Shown piece by piece: positions 1 to 13,395 of a DNA stretch of 61,063 nt; the stretch's first letter is position 1; every line of letters begins with the position of its first letter. The translations under genes were made by a program, and so were the position numbers. Source of the DNA: Phoronis australis (lineage: Eukaryota > Animalia > Phoronida); contig NMRA01000136.1 in NCBI GenBank assembly GCA_002633005.1, positions 2,593-63,655 of the forward strand. The letters are read 5' to 3'. Below the pieces are notes generated by a model, which was not told the DNA's origin, ran no database searches, and saw only the letters and a list, made by a program, of their open reading frames with translations.

Positions 1-788
1 AACTCACAATTTGACAAACAATAGTTAGCAGAAACTTGTAGTTACAACAATTTCTATTACAACACTTTCTATGAGTTAATCAAATAATCAAAGAACTGAG
101 AATAGTTGTTTCTAAAGTCAAAGTTTATAGTAAAACATCAAGAAACAAAGTTGTCTCTTACCAACGCTGGGTATCTGTGATATTTTTGAAGCAAGCAGCA
201 GCCTCTCTCCAAGCAATATGAATTCTAGAGTAGCTAACAGAATATTTATACTGAACACAAGAAAGGTGGGCGAGATAACTCAAAACATGAAAACTCACAA
301 AACTTCCTCTAAATGCTACATCTAGTTCCAAAACAATTCTCTGAACAAGGTCGCTGGTTCCAAACCAATTCTGTGAATCAATCTGCTGGACTCCAGCAAT
401 GAACCCAAGTCATTACCAATTATGGTGCAGGACAATCAAGAGTTGAGTAATTCCGATGGACAAATAACAGATTATTGTTGTTGTCGGAAATGCCTCATCC
501 CAAAGCTGACAGGTTTTCAAAGACTTTAAGTTACACAACTTGCAAAACAAGGCACAATTGTTATTATAAACATCCCACAACTGGTAACAGACATGTGGTG
601 AATCACTTCCCATGAACTCCTAGGAGGTTACAAATTTTGGTAAACAACCAATATGTTTGATTAATTATACACTAGTCACTAAAATTGCATAACATTGCTT
701 TTAATTAGACTAATTATCTACAGCATCAAAAAATGTCACCAACACCAACTCTAAAATGCTAAAATCAAAACCTCAGAGGCTTGTTACA
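1..788 (-). mobile_element. Possible LTR fragment (runs off the window start)
   Basis: The minus strand begins TGTAACA at 788, a typical LTR terminus, and has TATAAATA near 243-250. No coding potential and no second copy in the window. Confidence 0.3.
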
Positions 789-1035
789 GTGGAAGGTCAA
801 GTAACTTAATATCCTGTATGGCCATTACATGACACTGTACCAATGCAGGTCACATATGGCAGTCTGGAGCAGGGCACTCATAATAACAGTGACATCTTTT
901 GGGAGAGCCTTATCACAGTTATATATAGGATGTCCTTATGAAAACAAGTTGTTGAGAAAATACACGTGGAGAAACTGTGCATGTCAAATAACAGTTTCTG
1001 ATAGGTCTGAAATTTTGGGGCATTATATATACCCC

Positions 1036-1143
1036 CAACGTACGTGTTTGTACCAGTGGTTATTATATGGAGATTCGTGATATGGGGCAAAAGTATTTGA
1101 AGGAATCTCGATATAATAAACACTGGTACAAACACGTACGTTG
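1036..1143. repeat. 41-bp inverted repeat (hairpin or tiny MITE)
   Basis: 1036-1076 (CAACGTACGTGTTTGTACCAGTGGTTATTATATGGAGATTC) pairs with 1103-1143 with 2 mismatches, around a 26-nt loop. Confidence 0.85.
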
Positions 1144-1653
1144 TATAACCTATATTTATTTCTATGTATTATCACCTATACTTGAATAAACTCGCAAAAG
1201 TTTGGTTTAGACCACTTGCCGCTATAAAAATGGTCTCAACTTGTTTTCCACGCTGGCGAGAAGTGGTTTTTGATCTAGCAAAGGGCTGATATTTGGGTGT
1301 TACTCGAGACCACACTCAGCGAATAGCATGGCACTTGCAGAGTTTGCATGGTCTCAATAACAAACTGTCAGTTCTATCCAAGCCCAGAGATCACACCTGG
1401 TTTGACGAATTGTAAATTTGAGACCAATTACACAAAGGCTGGTGGTCTAAATTAAAAACTGCCGGGGTTTGTGAGACCAAAGGACTTTGTAGCCGCTTAA
1501 ACTATACGTCATATTTATCACCAGATTTATTATTTAAAAGCTATTCAGTGATTCATTTGGTTTAAACTAGACGAGGCGGCGCGTGAAATACGGTTTCTAA
1601 TATACTCTTAGTTATGTTCACTTTCAACCTTTTGGGTATTCTCGGGAACTCGC

Positions 1654-2159
1654 TGTTACGGTAAGGTAGACGAACAATCGAGGATGTCTCGTCCCTGTCG
1701 TTCAGGTAGGAGTGTGAGAAGTGGTTCCAAGATTGCAAATTTCAGTTCTGTTGGTCCGGCGGCTACGAGATGTGTAATAGACGAGTAAGCGGAGAGGTAC
1801 CTTGGTCTTTCGTTGGAAGCTGTGCACATAATGATGAACCCGTGGTTCTTTTTTGTAGTGTTTAGCTTCACTGCTGTCTCATACTCTTCATTTTCAATTT
1901 AACAAATGAAGAATGCGGTAGAAGAGTCTTTTAGCCTGTCCTGGGATTGGACATTGACAAAGTCTTATCCACACGGTCACTGCAGTAATCAGTGGTACAT
2001 ATTATCTCAACAGAGTGTTGTCTGAGGAGTGAACGGTGGCGTGTCTTTCTTGGTTGGTGAGCAGATGTGACCTGAATTCTCTGAACACCCTCGCCGACCA
2101 ACTAGAACTCCCCGTTCAAACTCAAAATTTCCCCCTAGCAGGAATACCTAACATACCTA
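1654..2159 (-). repeat. 3' LTR of the Gmr1-like element
   Basis: Direct repeat of 10502-11049, about 10% diverged by eye over a ~210-bp sample, with a short deletion near 1672. Its inner end is cut by the insertion at 2160. Confidence 0.9.
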
Positions 2160-5100
2160 CAGCACACATCACGAATTTTTGTACAAACCGGTCGGAAATT
2201 GGTCAACGACCGGCCGTCGACAGGTTGTCTAGCCGACCAGCAGCCGACCAACAACCGTCGGCTAGGAGCCGCCTGCTGAGTCGCCACTGTGGTCGGCACT
2301 TGGGTCGGCTACGTGGTCGCCTAGCGTAGACGACCAATTCGAATTAAGCGTGTCCTTGGTCGGCAATTACCATTTTATGACTTAGCGGGTGAACTTTGGA
2401 CAAACAAACATTTAACTGTTCGCTGTTCATTTACCAGTGGCAACTCCCGTTTTGACATCGGTTTATCAACTTTTGTTCAACTATTGAGTGGAGGTAAAAT
2501 CGAATCAACCTACAAATACGAAGTGCGTGACATTACACCAGCCTAAAACCTTATGTTGAATTAATGATGGCGTGGTAAAATTAAACGTTAAGTGATATCG
2601 CGGAAGCATAATTTCCAACTTTAAACATGAGACTTTTTATACAGTACATTATGCATAAAAACAAGCACGAAATTTGAAATTTACAGCAAAATTGCATAAA
2701 AATCAGAATACAACACTGGATATTTTACGACCTCAAATATTTTCATGCCGCGGAATGCTCAACAAGCAGCACGCATTTGCGCTCATTCGTTATAATTGCT
2801 CTTGATCATCACTTCATCACACTGTATATTGCGCTTTACCACAGATAATAATTGTTTATTTCTGTATAATTTCTTAATATGTTGGTACAGCAATAGAACC
2901 CAAGTTTATTTCACTGATATCAAAAGTCCAAAAACATATAATGAAGTGAAACCAATTCTGATCATTTGTCGTGACGTTTACGCAACCTCGAGGGAGAACG
3001 TCGTTTGATTGAAGAATCTGGGAAAAAGAAACTGGCTAATAGGTGACGCAATATTTCATTGCGCCGAAAGTCGTCGCAAAAGATCACACCAGGATTTTAG
3101 CATCAGAATAATTGTAAAAAAAAAACAATTTTTGCATCGCTGTTAAATAATTTAGATTACTCTAGGAAGATTTTATTCGGTTAGTTTTTACCCACAACGG
3201 CGCAAATTTGTATATTTAATTTAGTAAACAGCTTCGCACCAAGGCTAGAGCCTTCCGAGCCCTTTGGCGTAAGAGCACAATACTTGGCGTTTCGCGTATA
3301 ATCCAAGGGGTAAAACTTTGAAAATAATATTTTCGGGTTAACCTGGTACATGTAATCCTAAAAAAGTAGTCTGTGTTTCCATGTGGAGCGTAAAAATTAT
3401 TAACCCAGTGATTCATAAAGAACACTCTCGCAAAGGAAAACGCAAACAATTTTCGGCTCTATTACCCTGGTTAAAAAACAACTTCTAAAAGTTTATTGCA
3501 TCGGATTCTAGTGATCACCAGTCAAAACTCTTAAGGGGGCGCAATTTCAAACCTTTGGCATGAATCAGTAATATAAAAATGGAATTAGACCGACTTTAAT
3601 TTATCAGCAATGTAGACACAACAGTTACCGACACTGACTGTGTTTGTTAACGTCTTGTGGCAATGATAAAAATAAATGTTTCTACTATGATTGATAACAA
3701 GTTTTACTCTGATGAGGTATGATGCAATATGCATGTCTAATATGCAGATCGGCAGTTGCAAAATATTTACTGGGTTTAATGAATCCGTCTGATATGAACC
3801 ACTGCAAAAGTATGATTACTAATTGTACATTCGAAGCACGCCTCATTAGAATAAAAACATACACATGCTTGATGATCCTGGGAGTACCTCTATTACAAGC
3901 ATGAATGAAGATATATAGTTGTTAAGCCATAGAGTATAATAAGGCTTACATAATATCACACTGAGCCATCTGCAACAGGCATATAAAAAGGATACAGTAT
4001 TTCAAAAGAATCCACAACTACTCAATTTTCATAGTCACGCCTACTCATTTTTCATAGTATTACTAAATCACGAAAACCTAGATTTACTAAGAAGTTACAC
4101 AGTACGCTGCTACACAACGTTCTCTCCCACATTTATGGGAGGCCTAATTTGCAACATTTAACGACATATATTTTCTATGCAAGATTAAAACCAAGCAAAG
4201 CATGTTAACTCTCCAGGACCAAAAATAAATACCTTAAAACCAGAAATTTTACTTAAGCGGGAATCAAAGTAATCCAATACATTGAGATTGTTTTCACACA
4301 GAAGACCAAAAAAAACAAATACAGACAAAAATTCACCACGTCAAGACTGAAATTTATCACATCAGCACCTATAATTTATCAAGTGAGGACCAAAAATTCT
4401 TCACTTCAGAATCAAAATAAAATACGACCGAACTGAAAATGTAATAAGCCAGGTTCAAAAACTTTCCACGTCAGTAACTTTACACGCCAGAACACCACGC
4501 CAGCATACCCAAGCATTGATCCTTCAAAGCGATAATGTCCGTAATATACGTAACAAGGGCTAAATGTTCAACCTCTTGCCGACAAGACGTATTATCGTGG
4601 AAATGCGGTTGAATTCCTTTCGTCTAATCCATATTTTACAATAGATGGCAGTGTATAGGTACTAATTTAATTGTCCTCATTGCATAATGGGTGACCGCGT
4701 AGTCTCCGGGCATGAAAACAATTCTCTCCTGGAGTGATAAGTTTTCTGACGCAATAAATCCTGGTTGTCTATTGTTTTTGATTCTACAGAGATTTCAATT
4801 CCTGAATAGAACATGTGTGTTCTGGACTTTTCCGCTTCAGCTTTCCATTCAGCTAACTAGTGCACAGCACAGTGTTTTTATTATTCCGTGGCGGCTCCAC
4901 TGCAACGAATCACTTCTGGTACAACCATCCGTAAATGACGTTCGTATTTTGCACATTTCTATATATTCATTGGACAAGTTTCTGTTTGGTATTCGGTTTT
5001 ATTTTCTTTCTCAGGTAGTCCTTGAGATCATTCTCTGAATGTTTTGAAAACGCAACTCGCCTTTCTCTACGCAGATACCGTTTTCTGCCAGTTTGCACCG

Positions 5101-6776
5101 ACTCGCTGAATTCATAAACCAAACATTTATTTTTGAAAATGCCCTCAAAAGTGTACTTTTTAAAACACCGTGTTGACCATAGTCGTCAGTGTAGAAAAGC
5201 GAAATGAACAAATTTGTAAACACTGCTCAAAGCACTTTTGTGGATATATGGAAACGCCAACGTCTCTGTCTTACAACGCTGCGTGTGCTTGGCATTTCTG
5301 ATAAAGCGTTCTCAAGCTGGAAACTTTTTTAAGACTGAGCACCGTTTCAAAAATTGTATTTTTTCTTACAGCTGAGCACAGAATAATTATTCTGCGATTT
5401 TAGGACTGAAATGGAACCAAATCTCGAGTGGTGACTCATTAGAATGGGCAAAACTCGTGGAGGGGTGGCGATACAAGCATGATTTTTTTTTTATTTTCGC
5501 GCCAAACATGTAGTTGCCACTTCTCATTCAGCGTCACTTACTACCTAAGGTGGCCAGATCATACGCTATATCACCAGACGCTTTCCTTCTCAAAAGTGCA
5601 CCTTGATGTATTTTCAATCATTTTTTGCCATCGCATCGCTTTACCAAAGATTCACGCACACATGCCGCGTAGAGACAAATACCTCATCACCACGTATTCA
5701 CATCTTCCCGTTCACAATTGTTTTATTTTACATAATTTGTCAATATGTTGTTGACAGAGAATATTTATTTTTGGAACAACGTGAACGACCAACTGATAGG
5801 GGCCTACGTGTACATGTAACTAGCCCAGATTTTAACTTCACCGATACATGAAAACAGAATGCGCAAAGCTACAGTTGGCTGTAGCCTCAACAGTGGTCAT
5901 TCCGTGTTTGATGTCACCGTCTTAGTTCGTGGAAATCGTAACCATAGTATGATTTCGAAGTTAAAGCCATCGAAGTCTGTGGGTTTAGGGCATACTGGAC
6001 CTTGAATTTCGCGGCTGTACTGCAAGGGTCAATACTACGAAAATAAAATCCCCGGAGTGAGAAATCTGCGCGGTGTAACAACTCACTCACTAATCCATCA
6101 TCATGGGCGCGTGATAGGAGACCGGTGAATAACTTAAAAAACGCAAAAATGATGCAGCTTGGCGTTACACAAACAAAATCAATTGTGGGCGAAGACTGCG
6201 AAAAATAGCCGCGTTTACAAAATGACTACAGCGTTGTATTGACCGGGAAGCAACCAATCTAATACAACTTGTTATCGTCAAGAGTCAAATTAAAGATCAA
6301 ATGTAAAGAAAACTTTCACGTTTTTCATCCAAAACTTGTTGCATTGACAATAATCCAATGTTTACTAATGCCGCTTGCCTTCAATATTCGAATTAGTGGT
6401 ATTACACAACCGACGTGAACTCATGTAACCGAGACAGCAAAACTAGGTTAATTTATTTGACCCTGTGCTAAGACGAATATGCATCGACACGCAAAATGGT
6501 ATGACCCTGACAACCTATTACGCAACTGCTACTCTAGCCTAAAAATAGCTGCCGACCAGCTGGTCGGCTGATGGCCGGTCGGCTGAAGGGTCGGCTGATG
6601 GGTCGGCTGGGGAGTCGCCTTATGAGTCGGCACTGCGGGCGGCTGCCGGTCGGCTAATTTTTAGCCGACCGTTCGGCTTAATTTTTAGCCGACCGGTCGG
6701 CTAATTTGCCGACCGGTCGACGGCCAGTCGTCGACCAATTTCCGACCGGGCGGACAAAAATTCGTGATGTGTGCTG
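2160..6776. mobile_element. Non-autonomous TIR DNA transposon, CACTA/EnSpm-like (4.6 kb)
   Basis: ~65-bp TIRs starting CAGCACACATCACGAATTTTTG, with TA on both flanks (2158-2159, 6777-6778). Dense subterminal GCCGACC/GGTCGGC arrays at 2189-2365 and 6550-6750. No recognisable transposase. Superfamily is inferred from the architecture. Confidence 0.8.
4180..4500. repeat. Degenerate ~21-bp minisatellite
   Basis: Recurring GACCAAAAATT..CAC-like units at roughly 21-bp spacing. Confidence 0.45.
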
Positions 6777-6889
6777 TAGCTGTTTCAAAAAAGTGGTGGG
6801 TACAGCTACAGATGTTTTTCTTTTTTTCACCAAACTTAACATATTTACGACTTAACTAAACGCGTATGCAATACAACTCTTACACAAAC

Positions 6890-9800
6890 ATATTCTAGGA
6901 ACCTCAAACAAATCGTAAACACACTATCAGCAATACATGTACTATTATCCTTTCCTCTGATGTGTCGAACATCAAGGTCGAGCTCCTGCACAATGAGACT
7001 CCACCTAGGTATTCACTGATTTTTCCCTTCATCTTATTTAAAAAAACTAGCGGGTTGTGATCAGTATATACCATCAGCGGTGAACTGATAGAGGAGACAT
7101 AAACCTCGAAATGCTACAATGCCAAAGTCAATGCAAAAGCCTCCTTTTCAATGGTTGAATGACAGCGCTGGTTCCTATTGAACTTCTTAGAAAAATAACA
7201 CGCATGGTGATCTGCTGTATGCCTTGAGCATCTTCCTGTAAGAAAACTCCACCTGCTCCAACAACAGAAGCATCAACAGCTAACTTGAATGGCTTACAGC
7301 TATCAGGAGCAGCCAGCACAGGCTGGGTAGACAACATTTCTTTCACATTTTCAAAAGCCTTTTGGCATGTATCATTCCACACAAACTTCACTTTACTTGA
7401 AGTCAAACTAGTCAAAGGTAATACAACCTCAGAATAATTTCTACAAAAACGCCTATAGAAACCGGCCATTCCCAGTAATCTAGACAAAAACTTCTTGTTA
7501 TTGGGAGTAGGAAAAGCCGAAATAGCTTCAACGTTAGCTTCACGGGGTCGGACTTTCCCTCCTCCAACAACATGACCTAAAAACGTCACAGATGCATGAT
7601 CGAGATCACTTTTCGCCAAATTGACAGATAGGTTAGCTTTAGATAAACGCTCGAAAAGTTTTCTTAAATCACACAAATGTGCTTCCAAAGTAGGACTACT
7701 AACTATGTAAACCATTCAATACAGTATTGTGAAATCAGACACAAACCTTACAGAATTGTCAGGCTTCGGAACAAGGATACATGGAGAACTCCAGTTACTC
7801 TGACTAGGTTCAATGATTCCATTATCCAGCATATACTGAATCTCATTTCTCATTAACTCCAACTTAGGGGATAAATTCTTTAAGGGTGCAGCATCTCTAA
7901 CATCGACATCATGAAACAGAGCATTAGTTTTTCTAGGCACATCTGGAAACAATTCAATGAATTCCCATAAGAGACTTTGTGGTGGGTGTTGCTGATTAAC
8001 ATGCAAGTGATTCAACTTCTCTTGCAAATTGCTAAGGAACCGAGAGGTGCATAACTTGAACGAAATACTTAAAGTAGATTCTCCAAAATCGGTGTCATGT
8101 GACTGCTTGTCATCATAACCCGACTCAACAGCTGCAACAGTTTTATCAACATGATCACCACACCTTTCACGATACTCTTTAAGCATGATTACATGACAGA
8201 CTAGGCTTTTCTTACCACGATCAGGAGTACTAACTACATAATCAAGATTGCTTATTTTCATCTCCACTACATACGGTCCAGAAATTTGGCATTCAAAGAA
8301 TAACCAGGCAATTGTAACAGAACCAACACTTTGTCACCTGGGCTTTATTAAATTGCATGTCACGAGCTTTACGATCAAAGCAAGTTTTCATCGATATCTG
8401 AGCATCTTTCAAATGCTTATGAGCCACGGTTCTAACCTCAAACAACCTCTCTTTTAAATCTTACACGTAGCTTAATAAATCCTTGGAGGATCGTCACTCA
8501 ATCACCTTTCTTTCAACAGTTTAAGCAGACCACGGGGTTGACGCCCAAAAACCAACTCAAATGGGGTGTAACCCAGAGAATCTTGTACTGTTTCTCTGTA
8601 CGCAAACAGTAAAAGTGGAAAACCTTCATTCCAATTCTTGTCACGAGACAAACAGTAAGCCCTTAACAATGTCTTAAAAGTCTGATGAAACCTTTCAAAA
8701 GCACCTTGCGATTCAAGGTGATAAGCACTAGAAACAAGTTGGCCAATCTTCAACAATTACGTCAACTGCTGAAATAGTATAGACACAAAGTTTGACCCTT
8801 GGTCAGACTGAATTGATTTAGGAAGGCCAACTAAAGTAAATAACTTAACTAAAGCCTTTACTACCTCTGATGTAGTTATTTTCCTTAACGGAGTAGACTC
8901 AGGAAAACGTGTGAAACTACACATTATTGTCAATAAATACTGGTTCCCTGTTTTTGTTTTTGCCAATGGACCTACACAATTCACAATGACATCATTGAAT
9001 AAATGGCTCTTCAAACGCCGGAAGTGGTTTTAAAGGAGTCTTGGGGATAACTTGATTTGGCTTTCCCACCAACTGGTGTACATGACAAGTTATACCAAAA
9101 TTTCTTACATCTTTATCGATACCGGGCCAAAAGAAATGACTCAGGATACGATCTTAGGTCTTATTTAATTCCAAAGTGACCAGCCATAGGTCCCTCATGA
9201 GCCAAATACAGAACCTCTTGGCGGTATTCCCTAGGTAATACTCACTGGTGCACTACATGCCAAGAATCAGCAGAAGAAACGTCAGATGGTCTCCATTTAC
9301 GCATCAACAGACAATTTTTCAGATAATAACAGACAGCAACTTTATCAGACTCTTCTTCTAAAAGAGCCTGACTATACGCCAACGCTATATCATCATCATG
9401 CTGATGTTCTATAAGCTTAGATCGCGAATACTTGCCAGTAGAATCAGACACACCCTCAAACTGCTTTACTAAGAAAGTATCTGACAAATAAAAATTATAA
9501 TCCACATTGTAGTTACTTTCCTCAGCTGCCTTAGCCTTGACTCTAATAAGTACACAAGACGATATTGAATTATCACACTCATCTACAGGGATAGGGCCAT
9601 CGACCATCACAGGTTTAACAGTCAAGTTACTACCCATAACATCATTTCCTAACAACAGAGTTAAACCGCGAACGGGCAAACGGGGCGTAACACCTACAGA
9701 AATGGGGCCGGTAAACAAATCTGATGTGAGAAAAACTTTATGCTGAGGTCCACTGATGCTTCCACAGATGTCAGAAAGGGAAACTCGAATCTCAGAGGAG

Positions 9801-9960
9801 ATAAACTCAGACGAAGGAACCACGCCCTACAACAACAAAGTCTGAGTAGATGCAGTATTCCGCAAAATCACGACAGGCTAACGAGTAGACTTCTCAGTCA
9901 CAGAGACAAAACCCTTAGCAGAAAATGGGTAAAATATTTCGTCGACAGGCACAAAAATTC
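6890..9960 (-). pseudogene. Gypsy pol (protease, integrase, RT, RNase H) with frameshifts, stops and an RT-core deletion
   Basis: Protease-like ILRNTASTQTL near 9840-9870. Integrase AHEGPMAGH, CVGPL, IQSDQGSNF, ESQGAFERFHQTFK. RT SPCILVPKPDNSVRF (YxDD region missing). RNase H PFKLAVDAS. Confidence 0.9.
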
Positions 9961-10088
9961 TGAGCTAAATCATCACCAATGGGGCGAATACTAACCTCAG
10001 ACGACAACGAATTCTGAGTAACAGATTTCTTCAACTGTACTTTAATGTTGGACTGAGAAACAGCCACAGCAGTAGACATTTCCTCGTA

Positions 10089-10462
10089 CTATTTTTTTGT
10101 TTTTAACTTAGGACAATTAGCTATTAAGTGACCACTTGTTTTACAGTAATGACACACAGGACCAGGAATTTTGAAACTCGAACGATCGGCAGACCCTGCC
10201 TTGGCATCAACTTTCCCACCTGAGGAAATTTTAGTGTCCACCTTAGGTCTGCAGTCAACCTCTGCTTCATAATTTGTGACTTTATAAAATATGGTCTTAT
10301 GTGTCAACACGTCATCTGCAAGTGTCGCTGCGTCATATAACTGATCGACTTTTTGGTCGTCAACATACGTTTTAACAACGTCTGCCATTTGCCGTTAGAA
10401 CTGCTCAATTAAAACCAACGTCCTGAACTTTTCATAGCTACCGTCAATATTGTTAGCAAGAG
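10089..10462 (-). pseudogene. Gypsy gag C-terminal half (SCAN-like capsid region plus CCHC knuckle); N-terminus deleted
   Basis: KFRTLVLIEQF*RQMADVVKTYVDDQKVDQLYDAATLADD followed by CHYCKTSGHLIANC. It begins only ~15 bp after the PBS. Confidence 0.8.
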
Positions 10463-10475
10463 GCCCTGGGTTCGT

Positions 10476-10494
10476 TTCCCGCACAAGCTCCCTA
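10476..10494 (-). promoter_or_regulatory. Degenerate tRNA-Pro primer binding site
   Basis: TAGGGAGCTTGTGCGGGAA lies just inside the 5' LTR and resembles TGGGGGCTCGTCCGGGAT (13/18). Confidence 0.6.
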
Positions 10495-10501
10495 ACTTTC
10501 A

Positions 10502-11049
10502 TGTTAGGCGGTAATATAAACGAAGATACACATGATCGGTAAAACAATTGATGTTATGTTTCTCAACAATCGAGGCTGTCCCGTCCCTGTCGTTCAGGTA
10601 GGTGAGTGAGAAATGGTTCCAAGATTGCAAATTTCAGTTTTGTTGGCCCGGGGCTACGAGATGTGTAATAGACGAGTAAACGAAGAGGTACCTTGGTCTT
10701 TCGTTGGAAGCCGTGCATATAATGATGACCCCGTGGTTCTCTTTTGTAATGTTAAACTTCACCGTCGTCTCATGCTCTTCATTTTCAATTTAATAAATGA
10801 AGAATGCGGTAGAAATGTCCTTTGGCCTGTCCTGGGATTGGACATTGACAAAGTCATATCCACACGGTCACTGCAGTAATTAGTGGTACATATTGTCTTC
10901 ACAGAGCGTTGTCTGAGGAGAGAACGGTTTGCGTGTCCTTCTTGAATAGTGAGCAGACGTGACCTGAATTCTCTGAACACCCTCGCCGACCAACACCCCG
11001 ATCAAACTCAAAACTGCCCCCCTAGCGGGAATACCTAACATACCTAACA
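10502..11049 (-). repeat. 5' LTR of the Gmr1-like element
   Basis: TGTTAGG...CCTAACA termini; direct repeat of 1654-2159; followed on the minus strand by the PBS. Confidence 0.92.
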
Positions 11050-11637
11050 CTCGCTCACGTGAGATGACTCTCGTATGGATGGAAAATATCATTTCACATG
11101 TGCGGGTAAATCGCATTACATTGTCGCTACGATGCTTTGCCGGTTTTCGAATCGAAAGCAGACGATTTAACACAGATTAGGGTCATTAGATTGTAAAAAA
11201 ATATCAACAAAATTTGTTCTCCAACGGTTTACAGTAAGGATACCCATAAATTTTGTAATTTCATTTCGAACGTCTGTTTTACATTCCTCCTGTTTTTGTC
11301 TTGGTATGCAATATACCTATTTTTAATATTAGAAAATTATTATTTTTCATTTACAACATGTGGCCTTGCTGTCGTAAAAATTTTAAATATTTCACGATTT
11401 ACAATTTACAATTAGGCCTTTAAAAAGTCCTTATTGTAAACACCTAAGTACTGTTAAGTACTTGTTAAAACAAAGGTGGTCATTTTTGCATCAGAAACAC
11501 AGTATGACAAACCTGAAGGGTGGCCTTGAGTGATCTTTTTATTTGGTCTTGGAATGGTTCTTGAAGTTGTATGGACCTGTGAATATTAGACACACGTTAT
11601 TTTTTCAGATTTGTCTTAAATAGAGGAATCATCTAGC

Positions 11638-13000
11638 CTGATACCACGTACACCGCAGTCGACCAGATTTAATGGGTGAGCTTTAGACGATTCCAAATGT
11701 GTGTTTACAGGTAAGACATAATACTTTTGATTTGTTTTGTTTTGTCATTGGATAATAAACAGTGCTGTTTGGACCAGAAAAAGTGTCACAAAAATGTGTG
11801 AGCGCATTTGTTTTTACGTCTACGCGTACAGATGCACCTAATTATGCTTACATAAAGGCCTTATTTCACGGAGTTATTCTTGTTCAAACACTTTGAAGTA
11901 TATACCAAATTAAATACTATGCAGCATGCTAAAAACTTTTTCGCTTTTCTGTTATCAAACAACAAGCCTTTTCGAGTGGAATTTTGTACCTCGTCCGAAA
12001 TCAGGAAACAATTTATTAAATTCCAGTTGTATACTTATTCCAGGACTTCAGGTCTTCATGTCTCCACGTGATAAAAGTTTGCCTGTAATAGGACCGTCCC
12101 AGATTAGACAGCGACACCCGTCTCCCGTTCAGTAACGCTAGGACCTCGCTAAAAAGCAAGACTTCGCGAGATTACGTGAAATGTTGCCGTGCATTTTAAA
12201 TGAGAACACGTGACTTTGACTAGGTTTTAGCTAGGTCCTAGCGTAGGTACTAGCGTCTACTGAACGCCAGCCCGAATCTCGCAGTATTTACCCACAATGC
12301 CGTAAACATCCGTCAGGCACAGTTGCTGCCTCGTTTTTGGGGCACTAGTTTCACATGTCATTTTTTGTTGTCTTATTCTTTACAAGATTTTCTCGGATGC
12401 ATTACTCTATTCGTCCTTTCAATGCCAACGAAGTAATACTTCTGTGCTGTGGGCTGCAATTCCGACGTAAAAACTTTGATTAACGGGGATGCGTTATCTG
12501 AAAAATTTCGGCTTCGCGACATCAATGAGAGATACGAAAATGTGCCTGATTTCCAAAACTAGGTCACGGGCTTTCTTATCTCCAGGAAAAAGGAGAGTTC
12601 TATTGCCGTGTAATTCGAGACGGTCTATTACCACCAGCAATGATCATGGGTGGTTTTTGTCTCCTCTTCGTCTCCTAGTGAATAGTGTTAGTTTTTCCCC
12701 GTTGAAATGTAATTTCTTAATATTTTCGCTAATTGTCGGAATTTCTTTCCTTGCATGTTTGTTGTAATATATAATGTTTACCCAAGTTTTACTCCCTGTC
12801 ACGCACTTTTAGCATAGCCGAATAGACGACCTTGCTACTCAATCGTTCCTGAATGAATTTCACTTCCAACTTCGCAGTAAATCTAAAATGACGGAGTGTC
12901 ACACCGCTCCAGATCGTCACGTGCCAAGTGCGGATTTTTACTGAAGGATTTTTCGCCTATGGGTTTCCTTGGGATGACTGCGGGGTACATGAAGGTGTCA
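11638..13000. mobile_element. Possible non-autonomous DNA transposon with a THAP-like stub
   Basis: Imperfect terminal inverted match (CTGATACCACGTACACCGCAGTC vs GACTGCGGGGTACATGAAGGTGTCAG). MPTK*YFCAVGCNS at 12422 resembles a THAP start. Confidence 0.3.
12126..12266. repeat. Short inverted repeat (MITE-like)
   Basis: ACGCTAGGACCTCGCTAAAA pairs 19/20 with TTTTAGCTAGGTCCTAGCGT; outer CGTTCAGTA pairs with TACTGAACG. Confidence 0.6.
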
Positions 13001-13098
13001 GTGACTTCTTTAAAGCATGATTTAAGACCTTAATAACTGTTGAAAACACGTGTGGCTAGGTCTTTAAATTTTCTAACCTCTTGTTACTTTCGTTACAG

Positions 13099-13395
13099 AA
13101 AACAGCGTTTAGTTGTGCCATGGGTGATGGCTGGTGTCTTCGTAATCGGATTCCTCTGTCAGCAAGCCTATGTGGCTACACTGCCCCGACAGCGGGACTC
13201 GTCCGTTAAGCCTATGAACACCACTGCAAATCCCGAGGTGGGAGTCAAATTCATTTACCACACGCAAACAGCGCAGTGTTTGTCTGCATACCACCTCCGC
13301 TCCGACATTGTTGGTGATAACGAGAAATGCCGTTGCCTCGTTGTTGTTTTGTCTTATAAAAAGTTGTGCACGAACACTTCCTATCCACATGTAAG
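13099..13395 (+). CDS. Coding exon of an uncharacterised type II membrane protein (GT-A-like, DxD)
   Basis: Acceptor cgttacAG|, donor AG|GTAAG (phase 2). Encodes KQR, a hydrophobic anchor LVVPWVMAGVFVIGFLC and a Cys-containing stem. Joins in frame to the exon at 16257 (HVR|YFY). An upstream exon is likely; otherwise the start is the ATG at 13127. Confidence 0.82.

Larger units (their letters stand above)
1654..11049 (-). mobile_element. Gmr1-like Gypsy LTR retrotransposon, decayed, with nested DNA transposon
   Basis: Two LTR copies (1654-2159, 10502-11049) with TG...CA outer ends. Perfect 5-bp TSD CTCGC at 1649-1653 and 11050-11054. Domain order is gag-protease-integrase-RT-RNase H; integrase before RT is diagnostic of Gmr1-like elements. 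Confidence 0.93.

Noticed and set aside
2036-2329. GC-rich 97-aa ORF
   Set aside because: It spans the LTR/TIR junction and is produced by the GCCGACC subterminal repeats.
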